DNA from: Chlorokybus atmophyticus
Taxonomy: Eukaryota; Plantae; Mesostigma and Chlorokybus algae
Assembly (NCBI GenBank): GCA_009103225.1
Contig: RHPI01001567.1
Coordinates: 1 to 64,000, forward strand
Direction: 5' to 3'
Length of the DNA: 64,000 nt
The position numbers were made by a program, and so were the translations under genes. This document shows, piece by piece, positions 23,560-37,321 of the stretch (within the stretch, counting starts at the first letter, position 1; each line of letters opens with the position of its first letter). Below the pieces are notes generated by a model that was not told the DNA's origin, did not search any database, and worked only from the letters and a program-made list of their open reading frames with translations.

Positions 23560-24560
23560 ACTAGTGAATGCATCACACAAGCATGGCACGCATGCAGACC
23601 AGCAAGCACAATCTAGCACGCACACGGACACGCAAACTAGCACGCAGATGCACAAGTGCACATGTGCGGACCAGCACGCGCTCAAATGCAAACCAGCGCG
23701 CATGCAAACAGGCACCAGCACGCATGCGCACAAATGCATAGACAGTGAGCAAGACACGCATAAAACAGCCCACACGGACAAGCTACGCAAGGACTAGAAC
23801 ACATGCACAACATCATGCGCATATGTGGACTATTGTATACACGCACGCATGCACACACACGCGGACCAGCTTCCATAGACAAGAACACATGCAAGGGCAC
23901 GCTCGCACGGACCAGCTCGCACAGACAAGCACACATGCGGACGTGCACGCGCGCATACTTCGACCATCATACACACGCATGCAAACATATGCGCGGACAA
24001 GCACGCACGGACCAGCTCGCATAGGCAACAACACATGCGAGGGCATGCTGGCATGGACCATCTGGCTTGGACAAGCACACATGCGGACGTGCACGCGCGC
24101 AAACCTCGACCATCATACACACGCATGCGCATTTATGCACGGACAAGCACGCACCGACCAGCTCGCATAGACAAGAACACATGCGAGGGCACGCTCGCAT
24201 GGACCATCTGGCTTGGACAAGCACACATGCGGACGTGCACGCGCGCATACTTCGACCATCATACACACGCATGCACACATATGCGCGGACCAGCACGCAC
24301 GGACCAGCTCGCAGAGACAAGCACAGATGCACGGACCAGCACGCATAGACAAGAACGCGTGCGGACCAGTACGCGCACCTCCGCAAACCATCATACACAT
24401 GCACGCATGCGGACCATTGGACACACACGCACACAAACATGCACGGGCCGGCACGCACGTGTACCCCATGATGACAAGCACGCAGCCATGCACATGCACG
24501 CACAGATCATGAGCTACACACACATACGCATGCACGAACCAGCTTGCATGGACATGCACG
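23560..24560. repeat. CA/GC-rich minisatellite with ~146-bp unit inside a ~1.1-kb Crypton intron
   Basis: CGACCATCATACAC at 23961, 24107 and 24253 (period 146), with degenerate flanking copies. Confidence 0.85.
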
Positions 24561-27500
24561 CACGCACGTACAGACTCAAATGCTCAACTAACCCGCGTGG
24601 CACTACTTCTTGCTTGGGATGTCATTCGCTCAAAACACTGCAGCGATATGGGCGTACTGCGTTGTGCATGAGATGGGTGTCGTTAGGCGCTTGTCGCCCA
24701 CTAAGCCGTGTGATAAAAACCTTCTATACCATCCGACTCGGATTGTGAAGTCGGGTGGCGGCTCTTTGCGTATCTCCAACTGGTCAAAGAACATGAGGGC
24801 GGTCGCTCCAACAGCGCACCTGTTGTATCACATTGCATCACACAATGCAATACATGTACCATCAATGTGGAGGGAGTGACAATTATTATATTAGTAATAC
24901 ATAAACTTACCTCCACATCCTTGTGGCGCAAGGTCCCAATGTAGGTTGTGTTGCCGTGCGGGTTGGTTTTGCCTGCATGCGACACGACAAGCAGAACAGG
25001 TGCACCTTCAACTTCATTCCCAACTTCCTCGATGGTTAATGCAGCCAAGTCAGCAAGGCCTGCACCACAAATGTGATTGATGCGATCACAATGCTAATGC
25101 ATAACACCACTGCCAGCATAGCATCTGTACGCACAGGTGGCATACAACATTGGCCCAAGGTTGACGCACCCGCCATGCGCGTGTCATTGGACCTACGCAT
25201 AGCCTGACGCTGCCAGAGATAGTCATGCCGCACTTGCGTGTCAGCACGTGTGTCTCTTTCAAACAACCATTGTGACACACGCCTATGTTGGTCTTTGGTC
25301 ACACGGATAGCCATTGTCCCGTCCTGTCTATCAATGCAATCGTCTGCATTCCTGGCGAGCACACACTTGTCTTATCAAGGCATTTGATGAAGTGCATGAT
25401 GCTGCACTTGGTTGAGGATTTGTTGTCGCTTACTTGGTTCGCTGCTGCCGCCTTTACCATTCGCATATCTTCGCCACAATAGGAAGCTTGTACAAAGAAG
25501 GTGTCTGCGGCAAATCAGCTGTGCTTGATTACAAACCAAATATAGGAGCATTGAACCTCGCGTTGGTGGGCACTTATCGTGCCTTTGCCTTGCTGCATAT
25601 ACTCTTGACGCATTACGGCCGACACCGCTTTCATGGTATTGTTTAACGGATACCAAGTTAATGTGTTTTTGTTGCGCAAGAGAAACGCGGTAACCCGCCT
25701 CACCGTCACTTCGTACGGCTCAAACGCAGTGTAGTCCCAACCATTGCTATGCTCAGCCAGGACTCGACAAAAAGCCAAGACTCGACAAAAAGCCTTATAG
25801 CGGTTGTAGCCGCTGGCATATTGGTTAAGTGTCGAAGTGCGAGATAATCCTTGAAAGAGCTGTGTGACATGAGTTGTCATTACACACCAATCGGTTACTA
25901 CGCACATTGCTACATGCAGGCGAGAGTACCCATTCATGCATCCCCTAGTCCTACGTACCTTAGCCATTTCCTGCAATTCTTGTTGTGTGACATTCGGCTC
26001 TCCTCTCTCGTCCGCGACTGGCTCTTGAGACCAACCTGCTTCTGCAAATACCCTCTCTTGCTCCGTATCATAAAGTTCAAAGGGTGGCTGATCACCGCTT
26101 GCTCCAACACCGTTATCTCCTGCGCTCCAACAAGTAGGTGATCCCATGTAGATGTGCAGATTTCTGTTGTCCATCTGCTTGTTGCAGAAGTGTGCGCGAC
26201 CATCCATTCACCTGCCCTAGGCCTTTGACGGTTTTGTGGCATTCTCAGCTGTTCAGCCATTCTGGCTGAACAGCTGAGTCACCCTTTCACCCATGCTGGT
26301 TGGTTGCTTGCTTGCACACCGTGGTGGTTGTTGCCATTGACTGCGCGTTTATGCAAGGAGTTTCATCGGGGAGAGAATATTGCAATCAGCACCTGTATGT
26401 GGATGTGTACAACATGAGTGAACACTGCTCAGCGAGTTCCGGTTGAAGTTTTTGCAAGGATGAGTGCACCACCCTTTGTGCAACTTGTGCAGCCCAACAA
26501 CCATCAGAGGCATGCATACCGCACCGCAAGCAATGCATGCAGTAATTTCTAGAGCAGAACAAGCGCAAAGCGGCCACAAATTGCCACAACCAATCACTCT
26601 GTGCTTGGGTTTGCACATGCTACTAGGGCTCTATGCATGACTCTGTTTGAAATGGGTCCGGGATGCGTGCCACTAGTGAAGTGCGCTATGCATGTGTCAG
26701 TACAAGAAATTGCACGCTGCAGGTCGTAAACCTGTTGCACGGCGCACTTCTCACTTGCAGCTGGTGTAGAGTGTCAGATGCAGGCGCCACGGTTTTAAAC
26801 TGTTGCGTTCTCTCTCATGCATTCTTGTCCATGAGCAAAGACTCAACCTGTTGTTTATTGATGATCTATCACTGTGCGCTGCTGTGCAAGGCAGTCAGCA
26901 ATGCAGTTGAGAGTAATCAACTTGGGGTTTACAGTAGCAAGTACAGGAGACGAAGCAGTCAGTGACACACACCTCCTGTTCAGCATTGCAAAGCTTACAT
27001 CGGTTCTGGTCAAGTGCAGCCTGTTGTCAAGGACAATGCATATCGTTCGCACGCAAATGAATGCACAGCCTCATACACACGCATGCGTGCACGTAGCACA
27101 CTGTTCCTAGCTATTTGCAAGCAATACCCTACACAACAAGCAAACATGCAAACATGAAGGACATGTACACAGTGTGCCAGACTTATAGCGCATATGTGTG
27201 GCGACAACGGCCACCAAGTAGGATGCAAACAGTATGTCACTTACCCTAAGCAATGCATACCCCATCATACCGATGCATGCCCCAACCCTAACCAGCAACG
27301 CCTGTTTACCGCAAGTTGTCCACGCCCTGCAACCAGACAGCCGCCTTTATAGCCCGCCCAACGCGGCCACACCGCCGCCCTGTCTCACCATACCGCCAAT
27401 CACATCAGAGCCCCCGGCCCTCCCAGTCACCGAGCACAGCACGTACTCAATGAACCCGCGGTTTACTGACTCCACATGGCTTGGCAAGCACGGTGAGCGC

Positions 27501-30219
27501 TATCGAACTGACGGATCAGGGGCGCGTCGGCTGGCCGCCGGACGGCTCGGCCATTTGTCGCGCGTCACGCCGCTCGTTACGTCAACCCAGCGTCGATTAC
27601 GTCACCGGCTCGAGGCCTCTAAACGGGGCACGCTTAAAGTGGCGGGGGCCGCGAGGTGACCCCCTCGTAGCGCGCGGCACGACCCCGAGCCGTCCCCCCC
27701 GCCCTGAGGTGATAAACGGGTAGGGTTCCGACGGATAGGCTGAGCAACGCGCGGACGCGTGCGATTCATGAATAAGATGTGAGCTTGAGGCCAAGCTCAT
27801 TAATAAAAGGGGGAGAATGGGCACGAAGTGGGTGCAAAAATGTACTATTAATAAGCCAACAAGACTTAAGGACTCGAATTATAAACCTACTTAGGTTTTT
27901 ATGGTTGAGTTCGTGAGGCCCCATATGACAGTCAGGTCAGGAGCCATCCATGCATCATTCTTCTTGAACCCCATCATCACTCCTCCAACACTGCAAGCCA
28001 ATTGGCAATGAAGACGGAAGTTGGAGTCTGTTGATAAGGTGCAAGAAGAAGCAAGTCAATCTCCCTGTAGAGCATTCAGTGCTCTATGTTACAACTCTCC
28101 CCTATCGTTTCTTCAAGTGAGCCGCTTGCAAAGGCTAGCAGCAGGTTTCCCCAGCATCACATCTGAGTTGGGCAGATGAGGTAAAGCAGCAGCATGCAAA
28201 ATCACTAAAACTGCAAGCCAGCACCATCTCGTCATCTGCAATTCTTACCTGCATAGAAGCAGCAGGCATTGATGTTGATAGTAAGCCCATACAAATAGTG
28301 TACATGGTTCCCTGCGTCATAAGCCAGTTGCTTACACTATGTTGTATTAGGGTTATTATGGCAGAAACCGGCAATACTGTAGAATCTTGTGATGTTTATG
28401 GTTTAAGCTATAGAGACCCTCCCAGATTGGGCGCGGCTTTGCATTGAACCCAATGCATTACGTACATATATGCTAAAATGACGCATTTATTACAGTATTA
28501 AATCCACTATCTCACATTACACTACCATATATACAATGTAAACTATATATTCAAGAATATATATACACTAATATATACACTAATATACATATTCAATTGT
28601 ATCATATCATATACATTTGTATTGTTCCCTTCAAAGGGAACAGTACAGGGGGGGACTCTATCGTGCAAATACAGTTCCCATCGTGTTTTAACAAGGGGGA
28701 GCTGTACAAAAGGGGGACTTTATGGGGTAAATACGGTAGGCCAAACTTTAAACATGCATGATAAACGAGTTACCCCTCTAATTGCTGTCGATAACTATAT
28801 AAAACATGGGTACAAAATGGTTAGACATTGCCTACGCCATCAGCAATGTACAACTTGTTCAAGACTTTTGAAATCGCCTCTTACCTTTACGTTTTGCTCA
28901 TATTGCCTTCGCTGTATATCGCACTTAATTAGCATTGACGACGAGCAACTCTGGAAGTCAATTACCGAATAGGAAGGAGGAAAGCTTCGTGCTCAGATTT
29001 TCCAAGCAAAGGTAGCAAGCCTTTCATAGACGCCTCATTTCTTGCAGATCAAGGACTGGAAGAATGCACAGATGATGGGGAGGATGATTAGGAACATAAC
29101 AGACGTTGCAGTTTCCCATCCTCCCCACCTCAAGTTAACCATTGGGGGTAGTAGTCGATCCTCCGGCTTGGTAGTGAAACGGTTTCTGAACTTGGCTTAA
29201 ACTAGAAGAGCAGAAAACAAGAGACAAACATGACAAAGCAACTTCATCAACATGGTCTCCCCTCTTCTCCCCCTTCAAGCCAACATCAACAGCGCTAGTG
29301 CGCCTTCATCTCCTCGTAATTGCCTTGAGATGTTTAGCTATAGCACGGTGATAGAGCGTTCCACGCCTCCCCACAACTCGGATCACCCTCTGAGCTCGAA
29401 ACAGCGTGGGAGCGGCTTCGCTGATAGGTGAGGATAACCCTAGTGTTCGGGTGACTGCTCTCTCATCTTCCTTCCGACTCTATCGAAATGCATAGTTTGA
29501 GGTTGAACGCTTATCTAGCGCCTCTTCTATTCTGTGTGATACTTTACAACAACAGGACATGCTGCAAGACTGTTGGTTGGACGCTTAGCCGAACAAGGAA
29601 TCTCCTCACGGCTAAACAAAACAGAGAGAGAAGAAACATTGTGGCTTCATCTACCCAAAAAGTTTACGGTGAACGAAGAGCTAAAAGTGTTCACAAAACC
29701 CTGAGCACGCTCTAAACCTTCGAAAAGCACGCAATTGAAAAGAAAAGAAGAAAAGAAAAGATTAAAAGAGAAAAGATTAAAAGAAGATGTATACCCTATA
29801 ATCTTATAATAACATTAATTTTAGATGCGTGCTTTTGGGACTTCTAGAGCGTGCTTACTTTTTTTAGACATTAAGCTTGCACAACATCATCATCAAAGCT
29901 ACATGCTTGAGGGCGTCCTCAATCTACATGCTTACTTCGTCGGTAAAGCAAGCTTGGCACAACCTTGAAAGCCATAAGACGTAACAAAGTACGCGACTTT
30001 TGGGCAAAATAACACGCAATAGTACGCGAACAACAAGCAGTTATTCATATTTCGTTGAAAGTACGTGAAATTGTATGTTATTGGGCTGCAGTAGGTCATT
30101 TTTGTCAATGACCGCGGATAGCGCAGCAAACGGCCTTTGGTGACGTGCCGCGCGCGCGACCTGTCACGCGGCGGGTAGGTCGCGGCGACCCGCCTCACCT
30201 ATTGGCACTGCAAGTAGTA

Positions 30220-33200
30220 GGGTAAGTATGCCTAACTTGGGGCTGTTTGGCGGTCATAAGGTTATGGCTTCCGCGGTGTTGTTTTTTTGGCGGCCATGTA
30301 TATGTATGATGTGTAGATAAAGTTTTTCCCTACACAGCCATATTTTTAAGGGTTTTTTTGGCCTAGTATAACGTTAGTTGCAGTAGGCCAAAGTTGGGGT
30401 GTGAGAGCTGTCAGTCCCAAAAGTCGCGGGCCCTAACTTGGGGACTCGATACAGCCTGCCAAAGGCTGTCAGCAGACTGCAGCCTGTGCTGAAGGCTGTT
30501 CAAGGCAACCTTGCAGCCATTTCGGCATGGCTGCGGCCAGTGGGAGCAGGCTGGGGGGGGGCAGGCGGACACGCAGGTGATAGCCTTGACATGCAGGCTA
30601 TTTGGGCTGCAGGCAATGCTTGCCGCCAAGCGACGAGCATTGCCTTTATTGCAAGGTTGCAAGCAAGGCGGCGAGGTGGGCGGCATGCACAAGGTAGGCA
30701 GCATGCATGGGGGACAGGGGTGCATGTGTGTGTATGGTTGTATGTACAGGGTCAGAGCATTGCTAGCTACCACTAATGCTAGGTGTAGCTACTGCTGGGG
30801 TGGTCTTGCGCTTCTGGCGCCAGCGTGCGCCAGCCTCCTTGGCGAGGTGGTTGGTGGTTGGTGCGGCCGTTGAAGTGACGCTCAGCGACATCCCACAGGG
30901 GATCGCCCAGTTGGTTATGGCATAGCATAGGGTTCCACTCATAGCGGAATAAGATCTTAAGGGCTTCTTTGGCTGTCTGCTCTCTCACATGCCTCTGCTG
31001 CCGTGCATCTTGTGCTGCTGCCTGTGCCTCTGCTCTCTCCTCCTTCTCTAGTTCTTGCTGCCGCTTGGCTGCTGCCTGTGCCTCTGCCTTCTCTTGCCGC
31101 TTCTTCTCTTTCTCTTGTTCTTGCTGCTGCTTGGCTGCTGCTGCTGTCTCTTGTGCCTCTGCTTTTTCTTGTTGCTTCTTCTCCTTCTCCCGCTGTGCTA
31201 TCATCTTCTTCAGCTGTGCTCTCCTCTTCTTCTCTGCTTGTGCTGCTGCCTTGGCTACTGTATCCTCAACTGCTTGGACCTTTTTCAGTGCTGCAGCTTC
31301 TTTGCGAGCCTTGGTTGCTGCCACCTTGGCAGCCTTGGCCTCAGCCTTCCTCTGCAGCTCATCGATCACCTCATCAGCAGTCAACAGGTGAGCAATCTTG
31401 ATGCTCTTGGCCCTCTTTGCTGGCTGCCCATCTGTGCAGTCTTCTTTGCCATTGTCTTCCTCTACTGCCTGCTCATCTCTGACCTCGATTGCCTCCAGCA
31501 GGGCAGATAGTCCAGGTGCCGGTGGGGCTGCTTCAACAGTGTGGAAGTACTTGTCGCAGCAGTGCTTGTCAAGGGGCCACAACCCACAGGCTCTGAACCC
31601 TGAGATGATGTTTTGGGGGGACAACGCAATCAGGTAAGGGTTTACCAGCATCTTCAAGAAATGCTTGCGCTTGAGTGCCTGGTTGTGCTGTCCGTCCTCC
31701 CTCTTACGGTACTCCTTCTTGTAGGCTTCTTTAAGTGGGTGGAAACAGCTGACATCCAACACTTGTAGCCTATGTGTGGTGTGTGGTGGTAGTATGAGGA
31801 TGTGGAGTCCCTGGTCGAGTGCAAAGCGGATCATCTTTGGGTTGTACCTTGAAACATGCCCGTTCGTGACTAACAGCGCAGGGTTCTCAGGGCTGACTCC
31901 TCCTGGCAGCCATGACACCAGCTTCTCAATCCAGAGCTCAAAGATGTCAGTAGTCATCCATGCGTTGGCTTGAGCAAAATAGCGGGCCCCGGGGACCTTG
32001 AAGGCCTTGACATCAGCGCTGACTCTCTCTCCCTTCATAATCACGAGGGGTGGTGCAGCAAGCCCAGCTCCAGTAACTGCGCACATCAAGGTGATGTGCT
32101 CTCTGCTGCCGCTAGTTGAACATTGTGCATACTTGTTGCCACTGCACAGGCAGACAAGTGAGTCAGCATGTGCATGAACATGTGCATGCACATCAATCTT
32201 AAAGACAATGCATGAATCTCAAAGACAACACTAACAACTCTTACCGTTCGCAGATGATGCGGATGTTCCCTGCAGCACTGTCAGGCTCGATGCCAACCTC
32301 GTCTGCTGACAGGATCCTCTCTGGCCCAACACCCAGCTTGTGCACAGTCTCAGCCAGCAGATCAAAGTATTGGTACACAATGTCTGGTGTGAAGGCAACC
32401 CTCCGGGACCTGTCTAGAGGCTCAGCCCTTCTACTGACAAGGTTGTGCCTCTTTCGTAGCCCATCGAACCACTTCTGCCCAGGTATGCCATTGTTGAACA
32501 GCTTTGCGCGCGGGTCTCCCACGAGCCGCTTGCCTGCTTCAACACAAACCTCCCCCCAGGTAACACCTCTCCCCCATTTGTTTCGCAGCTTCACCCACTC
32601 TGCCAAGTCCTTCTCTTCTTCATCAGTCAACACAGTCGGAGCCCCTGGTGCTCTGCATTGCATACACACTTTGCTCAGCCCCCCACCGACGCAGTGACCA
32701 ACCCTGACTGCAACACTGAATGCACTGACACGCAGGACTTGCTAACTCACTTGTACACAGGCAGGTCCTGTTGCTGGGCAACGAATCTGCGCATGGTTGA
32801 GTCAGGGATGTCCAGCTCCTTCACTGCGTCACTCACAAGCATGCAGCCTTGGTTGATCGCAATGACAGCCCTGCTGATGTCCTCCATCCTCCCCTCATTT
32901 GTGCTGTAGTTGCGCTTGCGTTTGTTGGCCTTGGGAGTCTGGGCCTTCACTCTCTTGCCCTGCCAGCAGCATGTTAGCTTGGGTGGTCTGAGTGGCATAT
33001 GCCACCGTGATGACAAGCATGCCAAAGCGTGCAAACTACCCACCCGGGCTCAGCTGCGTGGCATAGCAGTAGGTGTAGTTGCGTAGTTGTGGTAGTCTTG
33101 CCTTGAGCTTTGGGACCTCCTTGCAATGCACAGTCCTCCTTCACACTACTGCCGTGTGCTAACTCAGTGCATGCCCACACTTGCATGCACACGCTCACCA

Positions 33201-33759
33201 CCAACTAGTGCGGTGACGACGTAGCGCGATTTTAAGACTGCAACCACCAACAACACTAGGAAACACACTCCTAAAATCGTGAATGCGCCTACAAAGTACA
33301 GTAATACCAACAAGGTAGCTTCCCTATCAGTTTCAAGCCCAACAACAGCCTCTACACAAAGTTGGTTTTTGGGGGTGTCGCCAACGTAACCCCTAAAAAT
33401 GTGCACATTGCAACTTTTCCATCTCCGTAGCAAATGGGCTGAAACTTGGCTAATGAGACCAATACAATCCACTAGAAAAAAACCGCAACCCATTTGCTAT
33501 TCACATGCTAAAGATATCACTCCATGAAATTACAAAGTGCATAATCCATACTTTGCCACCAAAATTCCCTACTGTTGAACTTTATCACTCCCGCTATACT
33601 AGGCCGTTTGTAAAACTGTTTGAATCCACGCGTAGCTAACGGCCTGAGGCATCACCTCACATTATTTGGCCGTCAAATACCCACTTGTCCGCCAGTTATG
33701 GCACAAAAACGGCCAATTCACCAAGATATGGCGCGTTCCCAAGTTAGGCGGTTTTACCC
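30220..33759 (-). mobile_element. pogo/Fot1-like (Tc1/mariner) transposon A, 3540 bp
   Basis: 22-bp TIRs GGGTAA(GTAT/AACC)GCCTAACTTGGG (18/22 identical); TA TSD at 30218-30219 and 33760-33761. Confidence 0.92.
30779..33043 (-). pseudogene. Spliced pogo transposase (psq-HTH, CENP-B HTH, DDE_1, charged coiled tail); second catalytic Asp mutated to Asn
   Basis: Exons at ~32750-32960, 32241-32669 and 30779-32145; ADEVG, REHITLM, WMTTDIF, LVTNGHVS (D->N), LPPHTTHRLQVLD. Confidence 0.88.
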
Positions 33760-35604
33760 TAAAGCATCTTTGAAAAGTGTTATGATGATATGTAATAACA
33801 TGTCATGCGAAAGCATTACTATTGATGATGGCTTTGATCATATCATACCATTGGTGGGATTAAACACTGCATGATGCAATATAATGTACAATGAGTTGCC
33901 CATCACTTGTTAGCACACATATCGCATCACAAACACTATTAATATTTATCAATAGTACGCATGAACAAGATATAAAATACGTACTGGCCGACGTACTGTG
34001 AAAAAGTACGAAGAAACACGCGTACTTTGCATACCACGTACTAGTACGCTTACACTTTATGACTTCAATGCAACATGGCTACGGTAATTTTGGTGAGTAG
34101 CCTCAGTGCAAACGCACGCAACAGGCAGCAAAGGAGGTGTTGCAAGTCTATACCCACAAATGGTCTGCTGCACTGGAAGACAGTGGCACTGCTAACTCTG
34201 CAAGATATTGTTGAATTACACTCGACTGTAGTGAGCGCTCTTTAATTATGGATATAAAAAGAGCCCTCACTACGAATTCATTTACGCTCCCAATCACCCC
34301 TCGAAGCAAAATGGATCTTTTAACACTATGATGGCTATTGTACTATGATTAGTACTTGTACTGAAAAAGTATCAAACATCGGACTTTTTCGGCCACCATG
34401 TTGCAAACGGTGTAGAAATATCTATAGTCGTGCCTATATATGATTGGAAGCAAAATTGGAAGGCCTACACCAGAAAATTAACGTTGAAATTTATGGGTTA
34501 ATAGTTTGGCAATGTTAGATGCTTTAAAGGCACCAAAATTGCAACATTACATGACCCAAGGTAATGATGAAAGTATAGATGCTATATCAGGCATATCATG
34601 AGGACGAATCTTGCAATAACAGCAATACATGCTAGCAAACACATGTTATATTCACTTGCGCACACATTATCAAGTTTTAAAGATTATTCAAGTGACAACA
34701 CTATACCACATTGCGCAGCCGCAGGCTGCATACTTATCAGCATCTTTGAAATCTTTTCCTTAAATTCATACGTTATAAAGAATGCCTTCTCTGGAGGGTA
34801 TAATTAAATTTTTGAAGGTCTACATGTGTTGCAGCATGTTACCTAAGTTACAAAAAAATAGTACTGAATACAGTGCGGTTACCGGCAAGCCTAATGTTAA
34901 CACATCAGCGTCCTCCCTACCAAAGGCAGATTTGTGTACTTGGTAGGTGACTGAAATGTGGTATGTGTCATGCCATTTCTCCTCGTATGCCGGTACTCAT
35001 TGAGCATGCCTACATTCAGGCCTCCAGTCCGGCCTATCATGAAAACGCGTGCGTCACTCACAAGTAGCCTGCTTGTTGGCTAGTCATGGCTTAAGATTAG
35101 CTCATGACCCCAGCCTACATAGGTACCGCGGGTAGCTGAGTAATTGCAGGTTTAATTATAAGTCATGAGCTATATTGAGGTGGGGATTTAAAAAGGATAG
35201 CCCTGGACATAATCGTTAGCTTATCTTCGGAGCAGTCATGATTTAACTTGTATAATTAGTCACAGTGTTCACTGGATCAGCTCGTGACGCCGTGAGAAAG
35301 CTTGTGAAGCGACTTGACCTGCGAACACGCCATCCCAGTTATCAACAATTCACTCAACATGTGAGAGCCTGTGCATGCTCTTGTGCACTACGCTTGTTAT
35401 TGATATGAGCTTGGTGTAATTAAATATGGTGTGAATGTTGATGTCAGTCAGGGCATAGCATTCACGGGTTGCGTGCTTTTTAACCTTACTTAACAATGTA
35501 ACACACTTTCCACTCATGCAAAGAACTGTGTAAACAGCACTACCTATGGTAGTGGCTTATTTACTCACAGTGTCACCCTCTTTCCTTAAGTGAGGGTGGT
35601 TGCG

Positions 35605-36300
35605 TTCTCACATCAGAAATTACACTGATTGACGTCAAAGGATCATGAATGGTCTGTACCTCGGGACGAAGATTTTCCCTTCCTAAATGTAATTGGTGGA
35701 CCACATATGGTTGGACTATCAATGACAGTTGGACCATGCATGGTGTAAAGTACACGTGAACGGTCCACCTATAGGGTTCAGGTCATTCCCTCCTCTCGTT
35801 GTTGGTGAACACGTCGGACATTGGATTCGCTTAATGGCAAGCACTTCCAGAAGAAAAACGTTACATGCTTTGGCAAGTGGCTTGCAGCTCGTCTTCATTA
35901 GACTTGCACTGTGATCTCGAATAACATGATAGCAGCTGAGGAAGTATGGCAGCATTCCAGCCCCACCTGCACACCGCCCACTACGTGCGACAACTCTTTA
36001 ATATTGAATTACAAACTTTCGTGTCGTCGTCTTGCGACTATACATATGATACGTATTATTATCTCCTTCCGATATGATGGAATTATAAGTCAAAGCCCTA
36101 AAGGTCCGAACGGTGGCGATGGACCGCACATTATCTTTGTTGTGCAGTAGGGAGTACAGAATCGAAATTGCGCGTCGACAAAGCCATTGTCCGCTGGTAC
36201 GCATCAAATACATGTACATGTATAGTTCGGTTAGTGGACCAAGGAACGTTTTACAGTGAGCGCTAGATATAGTCTAGCTGCTTTGAGTACATATTCGCTA
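35605..36300 (+). pseudogene. Diverged relic homologous to ORF 9139-9867
   Basis: 35630-35702 aligns without gaps to the reverse complement of 9533-9605 at 57/73 nt. A second block (SVS..ERFTVSARY, ~36226-36275) matches SVSVHGDRCELSARF. TGA at 35626. Confidence 0.7.
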
Positions 36301-36946
36301 AGCGCATACAAGAGCAAATGGTACCGTTGAAATGCGAAAATGTCTTTAACATAGAAGGCCAAACCACGAGCACCAGCTATTTGTCAGTTGTACATTTACG
36401 TTGAGTGCATATTCTTCATGGGTTTTACTACGGGCACCGACGCCATGCATTGCAAGGTTTAATTGTAATGACGGGCCGAAAAAGGACCATGCATGGTTTT
36501 CCTCCCCTCACGCACAGGCCATGCAAGTGCAAAAGTACCCACCGCCCTGTCGACATGCGTTGCGTTTAGGGTGGATTCACCTAAATGGGGTTTTTCGATA
36601 AGCATATAGCTTTTGCTACGTTGCTTTTTCAGCGCTAGTATATATGTGTTTCTTGAAGCAGTGGTTTTATTTTGTTCTTGGGAGTGCCGCGCCATCGGCA
36701 CTGCGACAAGTTGGGTGGTTTTGGGGTTTTGGCAAGAGCGGAGTTGACCCTAGCATACCTCGCTACTTTTTAAGCTACTTGACAGCTCTCGTAGGGTAGT
36801 AGATGGCTGGTTCTTTGTAGTAAAGACCGGTGGTGACCTTATACATTACGATAGTGGCCGTCACCAACTTTTTGGGCGGCCCAACTTGGATATAACAACT
36901 TTACCGTGTAACGTGGTGCCAATAACCGTGTGTAGGGGCACTAATA

Positions 36947-37321
36947 GGGAAATTCACTTAAAGTGGATTAACTTTGGGTGTACCCCCGCAAATGATGTGA
37001 AACTTGGAAACTTACTTCAACATCAGTAGATAATAACGCTCAACCCCGCCCAAGTTGGTGGAGTATTTCAAATATTACTATCACACTAAGCGTTGTGAGT
37101 ATTAGGGTTACAAATGATAAAGATTGGCATACGTTTAATAATATGGTAATAGCGCAGTACATGGGTGTTGAAGCCTGTTTTTTATATGTTGGATAGATTT
37201 AAATGAGCTATATCATCCCTATAAATTGCACTGTCATCGGACGTTGCATGCGCCAATTAGCTCACCCCATGTACCCATTTCACGCAGTTAGGGTCAACTC
37301 CAAAATTATGTGAATTTACCC
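36947..37321. mobile_element. Possible MITE of the pogo GGGTAA-TIR family
   Basis: TA|GGGAAATTCACTTAA versus reverse complement GGGTAAATTCACATAA|TG; internal CCCAAGTTGG motif. Confidence 0.4.

Larger units (their letters stand above)
29933..34099. mobile_element. Non-autonomous ~0.6-kb element with TACT...AGTA ends, interrupted by pogo A
   Basis: Degenerate TIR core TTGAA(A)G(C/T)CATAA...GTAA at nearly the same offset (33 vs 32) from both TACT termini. AGTACG/CGTACT repeats occur in both arms; flanks GCT/GCC. Confidence 0.45.

Noticed and set aside
23293-24748. Cys/Val/Ala-rich or His/Thr-rich ORFs as genes
   Set aside because: They are minisatellite translations inside a Crypton intron; only 23295-23467 is a real exon.
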